From the NCBI RefSeq assembly GCF_009914755.1, contig NC_060925.1: 64,000 bases of DNA. One strand, written 5' to 3'. Origin of the DNA: the human T2T-CHM13v2.0 reference genome, Homo sapiens. This document shows positions 14,569 through 29,289 of the stretch, piece after piece. The notes below the pieces were generated by a model, which saw only the letters and a program-made list of their open reading frames with translations, searched no databases and was not told where the DNA came from. The first letter of the stretch is position 1. Each line of letters opens with the position of its first letter. Position numbers and translations under genes: made by a program.

Positions 14569-15701
14569 GTACCTTCATTCATTTCTTTGGTGACATTTAC
14601 CACCTGATTATTCAGTACAGGAAGTACACACAGGTAAAACTGTTGAAGAGATTTAGAGAACAAGGATTAACAGATGCTATTTTTTAAATACACATATGCA
14701 ACCATAAACACCATGGACACATAACTGGGGTCCCCAAACAATTCATTAAAAGCTCACTGTTTCTAAGAGTTCCCTTATCTTACTTTTAGGTGTTATATTT
14801 TGACCATTTGTTTTGGATATTTGTTGTTTTCTACCTGCCCCACTCCACTTTCTGCTACTACCACAATAGATACTTTACACAAAGAAATGTTAATAAGAAA
14901 ATAGGAATTTTCTGGTAGACTTTAGGTTTAAATGTCTTGAAATAGTAATGAATCAGAGACTACACAGAGCATATATACTTCTACAAAAACATCAAGTAAT
15001 ATAGTAAGAAAAAATATAATTAAAACATCACGAGAAATAAAATTTGAGTCCTAGAAAAATTTTAAATGCATTATATTGAGTCAAAATTAAAAATATAGAA
15101 ATGCGTATATACCTAATATAAAGTTTAATTTTATCTTGCCTAACAGAAAGCATAGTATTCCTAACATTATACTTCTTCAGGTTTTCTTGCAAATCTAATG
15201 CTTTCAAAATTTGGGATCATAGAAGATCCAGAGTTAATGTCAATATTTTAGAAATACAACTGAATCCATGGGATAAAGGATAATCAAGGTAGCTTATTAA
15301 TTAATTTGGCTACTACTTTGTTGTTAATTTTAGCGTCTTACCTTTTTACCCAAAGAAAAATTAGAAAGAGAATTAGCATTTATTCTCACTCATGTTTCTC
15401 CCCTGGCATCTTTGTCTGTCTTTGTAGTGAGTATGGATGAAAGTTGACTTTCATTTGATGCTGTATGTAAAGACTTATTTTCAGTAGTCATTACCAAATT
15501 TAATTCCAGCCTCTTAACATCCTTCCACTGAGAAGATGAAAAGGGTATTATATGATGTTTGCCTACTTAAAAATGTCCAAGGGAAAATCTTCCTAAAAGG
15601 CAAATGTCAACTGATAAGCCTCAAAAAAATAAGAGAAAAAATCTATTACACCTACCATTCTCAGAGACATATTGGTTATTTAGCGTTCTTACCATTGATA
15701 G

Positions 15702-15825
15702 GTTCTCTCTGGTGGTCGAATCCTAGCATTGACCAGTGCACAAATCAGCGACACAGGAAGGTACACCTGCGTGGCAGTGAATGCTGCTGGAGAAAAGCAA
15801 AGGGACATTGACCTCCGAGTATATG
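15702..15825 (+). CDS. HMCN1: Coding exon (~40), 124 nt, phase 0-1
   Basis: gatag|gttctc...tatg|gtgaga; VLSGGRILALTSAQISDTGRYTCVAVNAAGEKQRDIDLRVY. Confidence 0.93.
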
Positions 15826-18472
15826 GTGAGACATTTTAGTAATTAATTCTCTTCTGGTAGAGATATGTTTGGGTCCTAAAATCATTGAGAAAGTTAAGGG
15901 AAGTTGTTGACAATAAAGAACAATGAACCTTAGAAATGATATTACAGGATCAATTCAAATCAAATTCTCTTTCTGCCTTATATCTGACTTTGGATGATTT
16001 TCCTTTTTTAAAGTTCTGAGAAAGTAAAATGCACACATCCAGCATGTAGGGTGTTGGTTTTATAGAGTACTCTGAAAACCATGACTGGATAGCAGCTCTG
16101 CCATTTAGAAGAGATAATCTTCTCATCACTGAAGCAAGTATCTGTTCAAGTAGCTCTCTTCATTCATTCTACTCAAAGCCATGATTTTATTACTTTCTAA
16201 CTATTTGTAATCAGCATATTTGTGATCAATACTATGTGAATTAATGGCTCTTTGAGAAGCAAAAAGTTAAACTCAATATAAATTTAGGCAAAATTTACGT
16301 TTTTGCCCACTCTCAATGCCGCTCACAATGCTCACAAAAGGGAATGCCCGATCCCATCACAGAAGAGCCCCAGAAGAAAGTTGGGGCCTCTTGATCTCCA
16401 TTTATATATTAGCTTTTCAGCCCACATTCCAGTATACCTTTACATTCAGAACTCTTTTAGACTTTTTTCTGTGGTTTATTTGCATTATATTCCTTAGTTC
16501 TTGGAATAATTAAATTATTTCTTTTATGACCTCTTGAAGAGTTTCTGTTTAATGCAGAATGCAAGCCTTCTCCTTAAAGTCCTACCTCACTTCCAAATAA
16601 TTTATTCTTTTTTGAAATACATTACCTTTTTAAAAATTTTTACCTCCAGACAATGTGGACCATGTTGTCTTCTCTTATAAGTTTGCCAATGTAAATGTAT
16701 TGATCACAAATAACATATATTGTTATATAATTTTTTAGTAAAAAGACCCCTTGTTACAACATGGATATCGTACATATCTAATGAAAGTAAACGTTTTAGT
16801 TGGCATCGGTACACTAGCAAAGGGTTCTCTATGTTCCCTTTCTTTTCTGTTGCTCCTGCAATTGACACGAGTTCACATTCAGCCTCCAGATTTGCTTAGG
16901 TGTCTGAGGTAACAGATAGGTCTATAATGCCCAACCCCAGGAATTTTAACTTCCTCCCTGAATTGAGCCGCTTTTATGCTTTATGAAGAACTGGAAAGTT
17001 TCTATTCTAAAATATCCTTTGAGACTGATTCATCAATCAATCTAAGTATGTAACACAATAGTTCTTCAGTCATTAGGAAGCAAGTAGAGGGATGACGTTG
17101 GTATTGACTGGGTTTTAGTCACCACAGAAATCTGAGATGGACTCCTTACATTTCTACACTGGCTAGCGTCAAGGGTGAACCTGGGAGATGATAAAAGAGT
17201 TGATATTTTCCAGGAATTACAGAAACATGCATCACTGTTCCTTATCAGTTGCTAAGATACTTCTATACTACTTTCTTAGGCTGAAAATCAGGATCTTTCT
17301 CTGAAATAAAGGTCAAATGGCTAGCTGATATATATGTTTTTGAATGTTTATATATGTTTAACCATTGAAATATACATGCAGCAAGCTGCTGAAAAAGTGT
17401 AAGATTAAAACAGGTTTTTAATCTAAAATCAGTTTCCAATCTGTATTCACTATTATTATTATTTGCATAAATTATATTTTTATATTTGTAGTAGTAACCT
17501 TGGTGATGTGTATCTAATTAGAGCCTAATGAATGTTAATTCCCAGAGATAAATCACCTTCAGATTTACATTGTGGGGTACGCTGTTGGGGGGTGGAATAG
17601 GGGAAGTAGATAGTAGGCAAAATAGCTTTTCCTACAATTATGAGTAGTTCATTAACATTTTTCTCCCTGGTATAATTCAGAGTATGTTTTGCCATACCCT
17701 GAGATATTGAAACAAGAGAATTGAGTTTTTAAAGATTTGGATTCATGTAGTACCTTTTCTTTAAACTTAAGCTCAGACAACTTTCCTGGAGATCACACAT
17801 TCTTCAGCTTCCCAGCAACGACAACCCTATGGCAACTCTGATTTTAGTAATTAAATTTAACAAACATAATGTTTAGGATGAGAAACAGGTCCAGAACACA
17901 TCCCTTCCTAAGCAACATAACCACAAAGCAAAATAAGGATAATATCTTAGGAAGCTGAGGATCTAAAGGGTAGAACTCTTGTTCTCTTCTCAGACTAAAC
18001 AAAAAGTTGGAAATGAGAGACAGGACAGAAAAAAAAATACATGTTTTGGTAATATATATCCTTGGCTATAATTAGATTTGCTTCAATTTTTGTCCCTTAA
18101 ACAAATACTCCATTGTTTTTGCATTTTTTCCTCTCATTTAAAAAATCTGGTTTCCTTTTGAACTTGATTCAACTCATTTAATGTAAAAAAAGTAACTGAA
18201 GGAAAATATATTTGGAAATGAATTAGCATTCTGTAGTCTTGAATTGCTTCCGACTTTCACTTCTGCAGTCATAATGAACTCATGCTCTTTTGTAGATTCT
18301 ACAAATAATCTAAGACAAACATTTTTATACAGTTATGGTTCTTTTTTATTCAATGAGGCCAAACTTTACCTAAAATTATTTCCAAACTGTGAAATCAGCT
18401 ATTCTATTTTGGGCTTCCTGAGTGCTAGGACTTGTGAATCTGTTTTCATGGCATCTTTAGAAAGTGGCACTA

Positions 18473-18832
<360 letters not shown>

Positions 18833-20376
18833 TTAGTCTCAGAATAATCATGTATCTTTTATTGAATGTGTTACACATTGAAAATAATGTCAGTGTTTTC
18901 TGTTTCTCACAGATTACTTTAACCTTATCGAGAGCCAGCTGTCTGTGTGTGCTACTAAATTTAGCAGAAGGAACGAAGGAACATCATGAATCTCTGCACA
19001 AATGCTCCATTGGTCAATCTCAGCCATTGTGCAGTGTGTTTCTTCCTTTAGCATCAATTTCTTTGAGTTTAACATAAGTCCTGCACCCCAAAACAGTGCA
19101 TGAAAGTGCTCTTTGGTTCATACCCTTTCCCTCTGTAGCAGACATGGTAACAGAGAAACCTCATGGTTACAGAGGCACAATACTACTACTGTAGTCAAAG
19201 TCTATTGCCTTCATTATCTTGCCACATGCTGGTGAAGTATCAAGCCTGAAACAATGGCTGATAGACTATAATAATATTTTTACCACAAAAATCTTGTTTC
19301 TACCAGAACATTTTAGTACAACTTAACCTTTTTTTGTAACTAAAAAAATGCTACAAATATGGCAAATTTTCTACAGCCCTGCATAGTGATGGGGTTTCAT
19401 GAAAAATGGCCAAGAAAATTCCCCTCTGTGCTTTATTGGAGTGTAACAGGCTCAATTTCATCATTAGTTTGTGTTTCTGAATTATTATACATACAGGCCT
19501 GAAAGAGTCCTTGAGAAGTTATGGAGCCCACCCTCTCATTCTTGGCAGGACTGTACCTAAACCATCTAAGATAAATGATTGTTTACTCTATTCTTTAATA
19601 CACCCAAGGGAAAGAGATTCCTTAAACTTTTCAGAAAACACATTTCAGCATCTAACAAGACTTATATAGCCAGGGAATCCTAATTTTAATCTCATTAAAA
19701 TTTCTACTCATTCCTCTTCTTATGTAATTGTGAGTACGTTGTACAGCTGGTCATTGAATTGATTTGTTCTTTAGAAAGTTGACAAAGCATCATGGAAAAC
19801 CAAAAAGAACACTAAACTGCAAGTCAGAAGGCTCCTAGCTTTACCATCAATTAGTCATATTATTTTGCACAAGGTATTATCTGACACCAATTTTATGTTT
19901 TGCACGCTGCGAGATGGGACTGGATGAGCTCTATGATATTCTCCAACTATTTTTTAATGTTGCCTCTGTGACTATGACATTTATTTCTTTTGCAAAAATT
20001 ACAAATAAATATTGAATGCGTATTCACTCTTAGCTTATTATTGTTTCTAAAATATTTCATGAGTGATTTGTTATCTTGAAAACCTTAAGCAGTAACATCT
20101 AGTTCTAGAAGTTTCTTAATTGGGCACTTGATGAGAACTTCCCGTTCTAAAAGTTTTTTAAATAAGAAGTTAGTGAGAAATATTTTTCAACGAGAATACA
20201 TTAATTAGTGATTTATTAGGACTTGAACCAAGTGATGCAAAGTGATGTTAGAATGATTGTGATCCTATATCTTTAAAAGAACCAATAAAGGTATTCAGTA
20301 TATGTCCTGATAATTGATGAATGTAAACAGTGTGCTGGCCTGTTTTATCCTGAAAGAAAACCCATCTTTCATGTAG

Positions 20377-20552
20377 TTCCGCCAAATATTATGGGAGAAG
20401 AACAGAATGTCTCTGTCCTCATTAGCCAAGCTGTGGAATTACTATGTCAAAGTGATGCTATTCCCCCACCTACTCTTACTTGGTTAAAAGACGGCCACCC
20501 CTTGCTGAAGAAACCAGGCCTCAGTATATCTGAAAATAGAAGTGTGTTAAAG
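20377..20552 (+). CDS. HMCN1: Coding exon (~41), 176 nt, phase 1-0
   Basis: atgtag|ttccgcca...ttaaag|gtaagg; PPNIMGEEQNVSVLISQAVELLCQSDAIPPPTLTWLKDGHPLLKKPGLSISENRSVLK. Confidence 0.93.
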
Positions 20553-20838
20553 GTAAGGATATGGATTCATTTATTTTACCTTATGTTATTAGAAGTTCAT
20601 GGTTTTGGTATTACCCTATTTAGCGTGACTGTCTTTTATAAGTGTTGGACTAATTTTCTCTTACAAAATTCTAGGAACCCTTTTATTGATGAGGTTTGTA
20701 ATATTTAAAAATTTTTTTGTTTAGTGAGATTTAAGTATTTGTCATCCATATCCAGAAATGATCCCAAAAAAATGCTTCCAGGAAAATATCATAGAAATAA
20801 TCCAAGGTGTGCCTCACCTTCAGTCTTCCAGCCAATCA

Positions 20839-21193
<355 letters not shown>

Positions 21194-23430
21194 TCATGTC
21201 CTTGATGTCTTCCAGTCTCATGTAAATACATAACAAATTAACAATTTAGTTGAAAAATGCAATGAGTACTGTAAGTCTGAGTCAATTACCAACTGGATGG
21301 TACAGATAACACATTTTAGGGGGTGGCAAAAGGTGAGGCTCTGGTTGCCAGGATTAGTGTTGAAAGACTAGTGTTTTAACGGTAGATGAGATAAAAAGCA
21401 AGGGAAGCAAGTCAGCTAGTTTGGCTGGAACAGATAATTTAACAAAGTGAATGTTTGGAAATAATGTTGAAAAGGTTGATTTGAATGAAATACAGTGTGA
21501 CATTGAAAGTCATCCTAAGGAATTCAGATTCAGGAGGACAGAAGACCACCGAATGTTTATAACACTCTCATAATAACCCAACAGAGAAATCAAAAGATCA
21601 GGTAAGTAATCTGCCCACAGTTACTGAAAGACAGAAATTGGATTAGAACACCCAGACTATGGCTTCAGAACCCATGCTACTAACCACCACATAGCCTCTT
21701 GCTAAAGGAATGTTTATTACTGATAAACAATGAGAGTCTTGAGAAATAGATGACGGGCAGTAAGCTGGGCAGCTTACCCAAGGAAGACAGAAGCATGGGT
21801 GTGAGTGAAAGGGAGCATGAAGGAGTATGTTACGGGCAAAGGATGGAGATCTTAGGAATTATGATTCTATAATAATGGAGCTGGGTGAGAAAGAAAAGAC
21901 CAGAATCACTGCTGAATGAAAGAGGGATGAGCTAATTGAACTACACATGAAAAAAGAAGAAGAAGAAAAGGCATTGCCTATTCTCAGGGGCAGAGCCCAG
22001 CATTCTAGAAAGCATCTGGTAAAGTTCTCAAACCTTAACTCTGACCAAATGACAGAGGGATACAATTGCATGAATGCAAATCTCAGTGAGTACAGAAGTT
22101 CGTCACGTTGAGGGGTTTAGGGAGAAGATCAGAGGAATGAAAACTTTTATGGAACACAATCCTAATTAGTCAGTTAAAAGTATCTTACCTATGTACTACC
22201 ATTCACACACATCTCTAACAAAATCAAGTAATAGAATCTTACCATTTTGTTTTGCCTGGTACACACTAGGTGCTCAATAAATATTAATCCCTCCTCTCTA
22301 TTATTCCCTCCCCAACTCTTTCTATGAGACATGCAGGCCTGTGCATACTGACTTTAAGAACTTGGAACCCTAGATCTGAGTGAGCCTGCCACGAATCTGT
22401 GACTCTGAGCAAAGATCTTTTAATTGATTGAGTTTCCTTATCTGTAAAATGAGAAGGTTGGATTTTATGTCCTCTTTCAAGCCTAATATTCTTTGGTTCT
22501 CCATGTGTGCTTTTAGCTAATTCCAGCTCTATTGTTCACACCAATTGATTAATAAGTGTTTATTGACTGGCTTCTGTGTACCCCTGCTAAGCCAAGTGCT
22601 TCAAATGATCACTCTAACTTCAGTGAGCATTGAATGTTTTAGAAATTATTGATTGCAAACTTAGTTGGCAATAAGTCCCATACTGCTTGTTATATCTTTT
22701 GTATTATCTTGTGTTATTACTTAAATATTATTTATTAAATTCTTTTTTATGTTCACATCCTTTATATTCTCAACTGGATTGCAAACTTAAATCAGAAACC
22801 ATATGTGACATTATATCTCTTTATATCTCCTACCTACACTACCTAGCACAAGGGTTGTAATAACTGCAGATGGTCAATGGATGAATCAGCATTGATGCAA
22901 GTTGTACATAAATACATGAAAAATATTTACTGATACTAATTCATCTGCCAAGCACCAAACTGGGTAGTAGAAGAATGAGGCTAATGTAATATAATACTTA
23001 GCTTAAAGAAGCTTACAAACCTAGCATGGGAGAAAGATAAATGTAATATTATTGGTCTCAAGAATAAGGCTGTTATTTTACTGGACAGTTTCCTAGATGT
23101 ATAAGGATTTCATATTTTAAAGTCTTAAATGACTTTATCAGAAATTGTACCTTTTCGTTTTTTCTGAATTGTATTTAAAAGACTGTTCTAGACCCTCAAC
23201 CCCTAATATAAACCAGATTAAAATAAGGTATGGCATAGATGAAAATGGTTGAATCTTGTTGTGTTGAAACTGGGTGATGGGTATATAGCCATTTATATTG
23301 CTATTTTGTCTATTTTTTATATGTATGTGAATCTTCAGAATAAAAATAAGAAATAGATCACAAATAGTATTAATTAAAAAACCCCAAGTGAAATAGAAAG
23401 TGTGATTTCAAAGGATGATTTTGTTTTCAG

Positions 23431-23527
23431 ATTGAAGATGCTCAGGTTCAAGACACTGGTCGTTACACTTGTGAAGCAACAAATGTTGCTGGAAAAACTG
23501 AAAAAAACTACAATGTCAACATTTGGG
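23431..23527 (+). CDS. HMCN1: Coding exon (~42), 97 nt, phase 0-1
   Basis: tttcag|attgaa...tggg|gtaagt; IEDAQVQDTGRYTCEATNVAGKTEKNYNVNIW. Confidence 0.93.
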
Positions 23528-23921
23528 GTAAGTGTAATCAGCTCTTGAAAGCAAATAATGCAGCTGTGGTTTTTTGTGTCACTTAAAATGACATTCATCC
23601 ATGTAACTAAAACTGATTATAATAGGTAGATGAACAACAATTAGTACATTTACATGGTGCTGAACTGTCCTGGGTATCAGTTCATATAACTACTTCGAGA
23701 GTAACTCTAGATGAACTTTCTTGTAACTTAGATGTTGAAGGATTCTCCTCATCTGCCTGAGTAGTAATGTGCCCTTTGTCTTCCACAGCCAGCATCTCGT
23801 AATGATTGGGCCTTCTCTAGTAACTACTGGTGGGTTCGTCAATGGAAAGAAAATAAGCCAAAAGGCCAAATTATATATGTGAACTGTGTGTGTGTATGTG
23901 AGAGAAAGAACATGGGCGCTT

Positions 23922-24324
23922 GCGTGGTGGGAGATAGGATTACTATGATAATCAGGGAGAAAAGCTATTCTAAGTTGAAATTTTACCATTTGTTACTAAT
24001 TAAGGTAATTCTCATACATAGTCACAACTTGAGTCTCAGCTGTGGCTATCAGCTAAAAAGCATTCCCATTTCCAGTATACTCACCTGTATTTCACATACT
24101 TTAAAAAACTCATTTATAACTTATTCACTCGTGTGGTGGGAGATGGGATTACTATAATAACCAGGGAGAAAAGTTATTCTCAGTTGAAATTTTACCATTT
24201 GTTACTAATTAAGATAATTCTTATAGTCACAACTTTTGCCTCAGCTGTGGCTATCAGCTAAAAAGCATTCCTATTTCCAGTACATTCACCTGTAATTTAC
24301 ATACTTTAAAAAACTTATAACTTA
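23922..24324 (+). repeat. Tandem duplication, 2 copies, period 209 bp
   Basis: Copy 1 at 23922-24123 and copy 2 at 24131-24324 align with ~16 substitutions and two 4-nt indels (manual count). Confidence 0.95.
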
Positions 24325-24799
24325 ATAAGCCCTCTTCATTTTGATTGTATTTGTTTAAACTTTTTAATTATTGAGATTATAAGCTGAATTTACCTATGAT
24401 TTATAGTTTATTCACATATTTTTAAATAAAAATAAAACTAGATGAAATAACTTTGTTCCAATGGAGAACAAATACTTTTTAAAATTTTGAAAGCATGCAC
24501 TGATGTAGAAAATGACTTATAAATAAATGAGTATCATCTTTTAAAAATCCTTCAGGCAGGTTATGAGAAATGCTATTATACACCCTGTAAAAATTTACTA
24601 TTAAATAGTAAAAGTTACTATATGGTAAATTTATATTCATTACATACTACTTATATGTAATTAACTTCTGTTCCTGCCTCTTTTCACCCATTTTCCCTCT
24701 CCACTTTCCCTTCCCTTCTGTCCTCATTTCTTTCAGATGGGAAAAATATTTATTATTTATATCTAGTTCATTTATTTAATAATTTATTTAATATTTATA

Positions 24800-26500
24800 T
24801 CTAGTTCCCAATATGGACAAGACACTAGGCTAAGTGTTATCAAGTAAAGATGAGAAAAAAAAGAGAGAAAAAAGAAAAATTAGGAGTGATGATCAATTAG
24901 AAACTGAGGTGAAGAATTCCTTTTTCATATGCAATATTTGAGGTACCTGTGGACTATGTGAAGCTGTCCTCCCTGCAACCAGAAATAGAAACTTATCATT
25001 TAGGTGAAATAAGAGTTAAAAACATAAGGTTGCAATGAAATCACTTGGAGAAGGTAAAAGGAATGTATACAGAAGAGTACGCGATAGGATGGCTCTCAGG
25101 TGTACCATATAAGAAGAGAGCTAGTAAAAGAGACTCTAAATAAGAAACTGAGAAGGAAGAGCCTAAGAGGTCAGAGGAAAACCCAGTAAAAAAAAATGTG
25201 CCATGGAAACTAACGACAGTGTTGTTCTCAGAAGAAAACAATGAGTAAGTTTGATATGGATGAATGGATGGGTGAATGAGTAATATTACATATTGCAGAA
25301 AAGTCAAATTAGTCATAAACTAAAAAACATACTTTACAAATATGCAGACCAGTACCTCTTAAAGAAAAGCAGTGTAATAGTGGAAAGCAGAATGCAGTAG
25401 ATATAAGAATGAATGATAAGGGAAAAAGTTGAGACATCAAAGATAGATTCACTTAAAAAATACTTACATTATGCTTCCATCTTCTAGGCGCTATGCCATG
25501 TGTGGACATAGAGCAATTAGTGAGAAAGACAATGATGTTGTTCTCACGGAACTTATAGTTGGCTGGTGGAGAAATATCTTTAAATAGTCAAAATTAAAAT
25601 TAAACCTCCTAAGAGCTATCATAGGTGGTTATGTAGAAAAGCATATGAGACACGTTTAACTGAGCCCTTAAGGATGAATAGGCATTAACTCTGTGAAGAG
25701 GGTAAAAGCAATGCAAAGCCCTGGAGAACACTGTCTGTATTCAATGAGCTTAATATCATTCATTCTGGAGCCTAGTGTGATGCAAGGAGAGAGAGGAGAT
25801 GGTAGATAAAAAGGTAAAAATAGGCATATTGAAGAAGGCCTCTTAAATCAATTTAAAAAGTATAGATTTGATTCTAAAGGTGATAGAATAAACTAAAGGG
25901 ATTTAAAGAAGGACCGGATGCTCAGGTCTGTATTTTAGAAGAAAGCAGACATATTTAATAAGTTGAATCAACATGATTAAGTTGATTAGATTAAGAAGTG
26001 TGGAAACAAGAAGGGTAAAGGAGGGATGTCTGTGTCTTTCCCTCGGAGAAGGAACAAAGAGGGTTGAGTTCAGTTTTGGACAAGTCAAGTTTGACAATGC
26101 TTCTAAGGCAACCAACTTGAGATGTTAAGTAGTTAGTTGGATATTAAAGTCTAGACCTCAGAGAGGGTCTCCATTACAGATATAGCTTTTCAAGTATTTG
26201 TATTAATGGAAGCCATGGGGGTAGAGAAGGGTAGAGTTTAGAATGGAGATCATAAATTTATAGTAGTGGCAATCTATGTAATTGTGTCATTTTCTTCTGG
26301 AACTTTCAGTTTGTGGTATCAGTGACAAACAGAGTAAACTGTAGGACTCATCCAGAGTAAGAGTATTGACAAATAAGAAGGCAAAAGGTATAAGGTAGTT
26401 GAGAATATTGACAAATATTGATTATGAAATCTAAGCTGAGTAGAGAAGTCGGTAAACAGAAGAATAGGCAGCTGGATAGGGGGACTTCTGAGAAGTGAAA
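24800..26500 (-). mobile_element. Decayed L2 LINE fragments (approximate bounds)
   Basis: Purine-rich tract with L2 antisense motifs (gagttcagttttggaca, ttctcacggaacttatagt, tttaactgagcccttaaggatgaataggcattaac). Confidence 0.6.
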
Positions 26501-27639
26501 GCACTTGAGATTCAGTTAAGTCAATGGGAATTGACTTGAGAATTGGGAATAATTAAGTGAGAGCAAAAAGAACAGAGAAGTTGTCAGAGGCCTAAACTTA
26601 TAAACTTACAGGAGAAATGTTCTAGATGATGGGAAGGCCTATGGTATGGCTTCTGATGGAAAATGGGATGGGTAGATCAATAACTGAGTAGACAGAGTAT
26701 TTAGACTGGTTATACATGTGGATGCTGGGTTCATACAGAATGATGGCAGGGCTTAGTATGAAAAGTGTAAGAACACATATCAAACTCTTCAGTGAATAAA
26801 GGAAGAATGACAGGTTTACAGATGGTAAAAAGAGAGAGAGAGAGAGAGAGAAATAAATTGGTTATATGAGCCTCAAAGGAATAGAGGCTTTTACATGGGA
26901 TGGTTGAACAATGACTGGAAGCCACACTGGGGGTAAAGGAGGATTCTCCCACTCCTCAACTCTCAGGATCTTGGAAGAACAAGCCGTCTACCAGCTGACA
27001 GTCCTGCAGCCAAGGAAGTGTCCTTAAGGAGAGTTCAGCCAGCATCTGCAGACTCCAGCGCCTTTGAGAAAATCATGGGTAGTCAGTATTCACTTTGAAG
27101 GTTCCAGAGAGAAGCTGTAGGCCAGTAGAGAAGCAGACTGTGCAATCTGAAATATGCAGTATGTCCTTTGTTTAGGTGAAACCCCTTGCCTCTGTTCTTT
27201 AGTATATGTTGTATGCCTTATGTTTCCAGTTCTGTTCACTATTTGAGATATCAAAGCTAGCTAGGCAACAGTGACTGGGCTAAGTTTAAACTTGGTAGGT
27301 ACTTTAGCTTTTTGATGCAAGGTGTCTAAATATCTTGCATCAAATATACATTTTTCTAATAGCTATATGAGGTAATATATTTTATAAGTTATAATAAAGT
27401 AGCTTCTTTTTATGCCATTCTGAATATTTTGAAAAATTTATATCTGTTTACATGGGAAGTCTGCTATTAGCTATTTATGCTACATCTTACAGGTGACTTT
27501 TAATTTGATGTTGATGTCAACCTCATATGACAATTTCTTCCTTATGTCATTTGAGTAGAAGCCTTTTATCTTACATGTAAACTGTTAGGAGAATTCTATA
27601 TGAAATGAGTGGAAAAATCATATTTTTATTTTTTTCTAG

Positions 27640-27762
27640 TCCCCCCAAATATTGGTGGTTCTGATGAACTTACTCAACTTACAGTCATTGAAGGGAATCT
27701 CATTAGTCTGTTGTGTGAATCAAGTGGTATTCCACCCCCAAATCTCATCTGGAAGAAGAAAG
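27640..27762 (+). CDS. HMCN1: Coding exon (~43), 123 nt, phase 1-1
   Basis: ttctag|tcccccca...aaag|gtcagt; PPNIGGSDELTQLTVIEGNLISLLCESSGIPPPNLIWKKK. Confidence 0.93.
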
Positions 27763-28099
27763 GTCAGTTTTCATCCTTGAAATTTATAAAATTAAAGAAA
27801 ATATAAGATGGATATTGATTTCGTTTAATAAATGTGTTAGATTATAAACAAATTTTCCTGGGGTTTGCATACTAAATGCTAGACAGCAAAATTGCTTTAT
27901 ATTAAATGTGCAACATGTGATACTTCTACACTTCCCAGCTGAAATTTTTTATTTTTAAGACTCTTAACTCCTCCCTGGAAAAAAATAATTTTCTGCATTA
28001 ATTGATTATTTTTTACTCAAATACATTATAGGGCAGCTATAAACATCGAGAATCCGTCATTCAGAAACTATATTTTCTTCTTTAAAATGAGTTTTAAAC

Positions 28100-28212
28100 T
28101 TCCTGGGTGATTGGTTCAGTCATACCCCAAACCTCAGCATCACACAATAGATCTACGTAATAAACCTGCACTTGTGCCTCCTGAATATAAAATAAAAGTT
28201 GATATTAAAAAG
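28100..28212 (+). mobile_element. L1MA-type extreme 3' end fragment
   Basis: cataccccaaacctcagcatcacacaata...aaacctgcac...aaaataaaagttga. Confidence 0.8.
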
Positions 28213-28512
28213 TAACATTTTTCTGTTTGTGACAGTTTTCAATGTACATTAAGACTGAATTCTGCGTTTGACCAGATTTTCAATTTATTTATCAACAACT
28301 CCTTAAGCCCACTAAGTGGCAGAAAAATCATTTAAATTTTCAGTTCATTTAAATATTACTGCTCCTTCATTTTACACACTAGGGCAGGATTATTTTACAG
28401 TGTCATTTGCCTTTTATATACTTGAACTGAATAAACAAATGTCATACTTGGCAATGTATACAAAATGCTTTACATTTCTGCCTCATATTCTGCCATTTGG
28501 ACTTCTTTGTAG

Positions 28513-28674
28513 GCTCTCCAGTGCTGACTGATTCCATGGGGCGAGTTAGAATTTTATCTGGGGGCAGGCAATTACAAATTTCAATTGCTGAAAAGTCTGA
28601 TGCAGCACTCTATTCATGTGTGGCGTCGAATGTTGCTGGGACTGCAAAGAAAGAATACAATCTGCAAGTTTACA
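28513..28674 (+). CDS. HMCN1: Coding exon (~44), 162 nt, phase 1-1
   Basis: ttgtag|gctctcca...taca|gtaagt; SPVLTDSMGRVRILSGGRQLQISIAEKSDAALYSCVASNVAGTAKKEYNLQVY. Confidence 0.93.
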
Positions 28675-29039
28675 GTAAGTTGTTGATTAGCCAGGCTTTG
28701 GCAAAATGTTCTCTTAAATCTTTTCATCCTTCTCATTTACTTTTAAAAATATCTTTAATGTTCATTCAAAATGGTATGGTTGTAACTATCATATGACACA
28801 CACATTTAAATTGTGCTGACATAACTGGAGAGCAATTACTTCCTTCTGGCTGTTATTCGGCATTACAGCTGTCCACTCTGCATTAGCTCACCAATGACAG
28901 ACACATCAATGTGGCTGTAATTTTGTTGGGGACAGATAGTGGACATGTGGAGGGGGAAGGGGGAGCATTTTAACATAGGGGATATTTACAATATGTAAAA
29001 ACATTTTATTTTAAAGAATATTTTACTCGTATAAGATCT

Positions 29040-29240
29040 TAGAGTGCTTAAGATAGTTATATACTCATTTAATCTTCACATGAGCTGTTATATAAGACAA
29101 AACTGTCGCCTCCATTTTGTGTATGTGGAAATTTAAGCTCCAAGAGGTTTTGTTGGTTGAACAAGGTCGCGTGGCTTGTGTGTGGTAGGACTGGCACTAG
29201 GACATTGGATTACTGACACTGGCCTACTTTTCTTCCCACA
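29040..29240 (-). mobile_element. MIR fragment
   Basis: ctcatttaatcttcaca...ctccattttg...caaggtcgcgtggct. Confidence 0.6.
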
Positions 29241-29289
29241 CACATATGTATTAGAATTGATCTAATTTTTGTTCCTAGAATCAGTGACA

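Noticed and set aside
14400-14663. Minus-strand ORFs mirroring exons (also 13468, 23374, 29995, 31879, 39896, 44218, 62675)
   Set aside because: They are antisense shadows of HMCN1 codon usage, with no independent splice or protein-family evidence.
16341-16431. Two TEAD-like motifs (GGAATG, ACATTCCA) in a slightly GC-richer unique patch
   Set aside because: Such short motifs are expected by chance in 64 kb, and there is no support without conservation or chromatin data.
23922-24324. Repeat considered as a CRISPR-like array
   Set aside because: There are only two long diverged copies, no repeat-spacer structure and no cas genes, and the context is eukaryotic.
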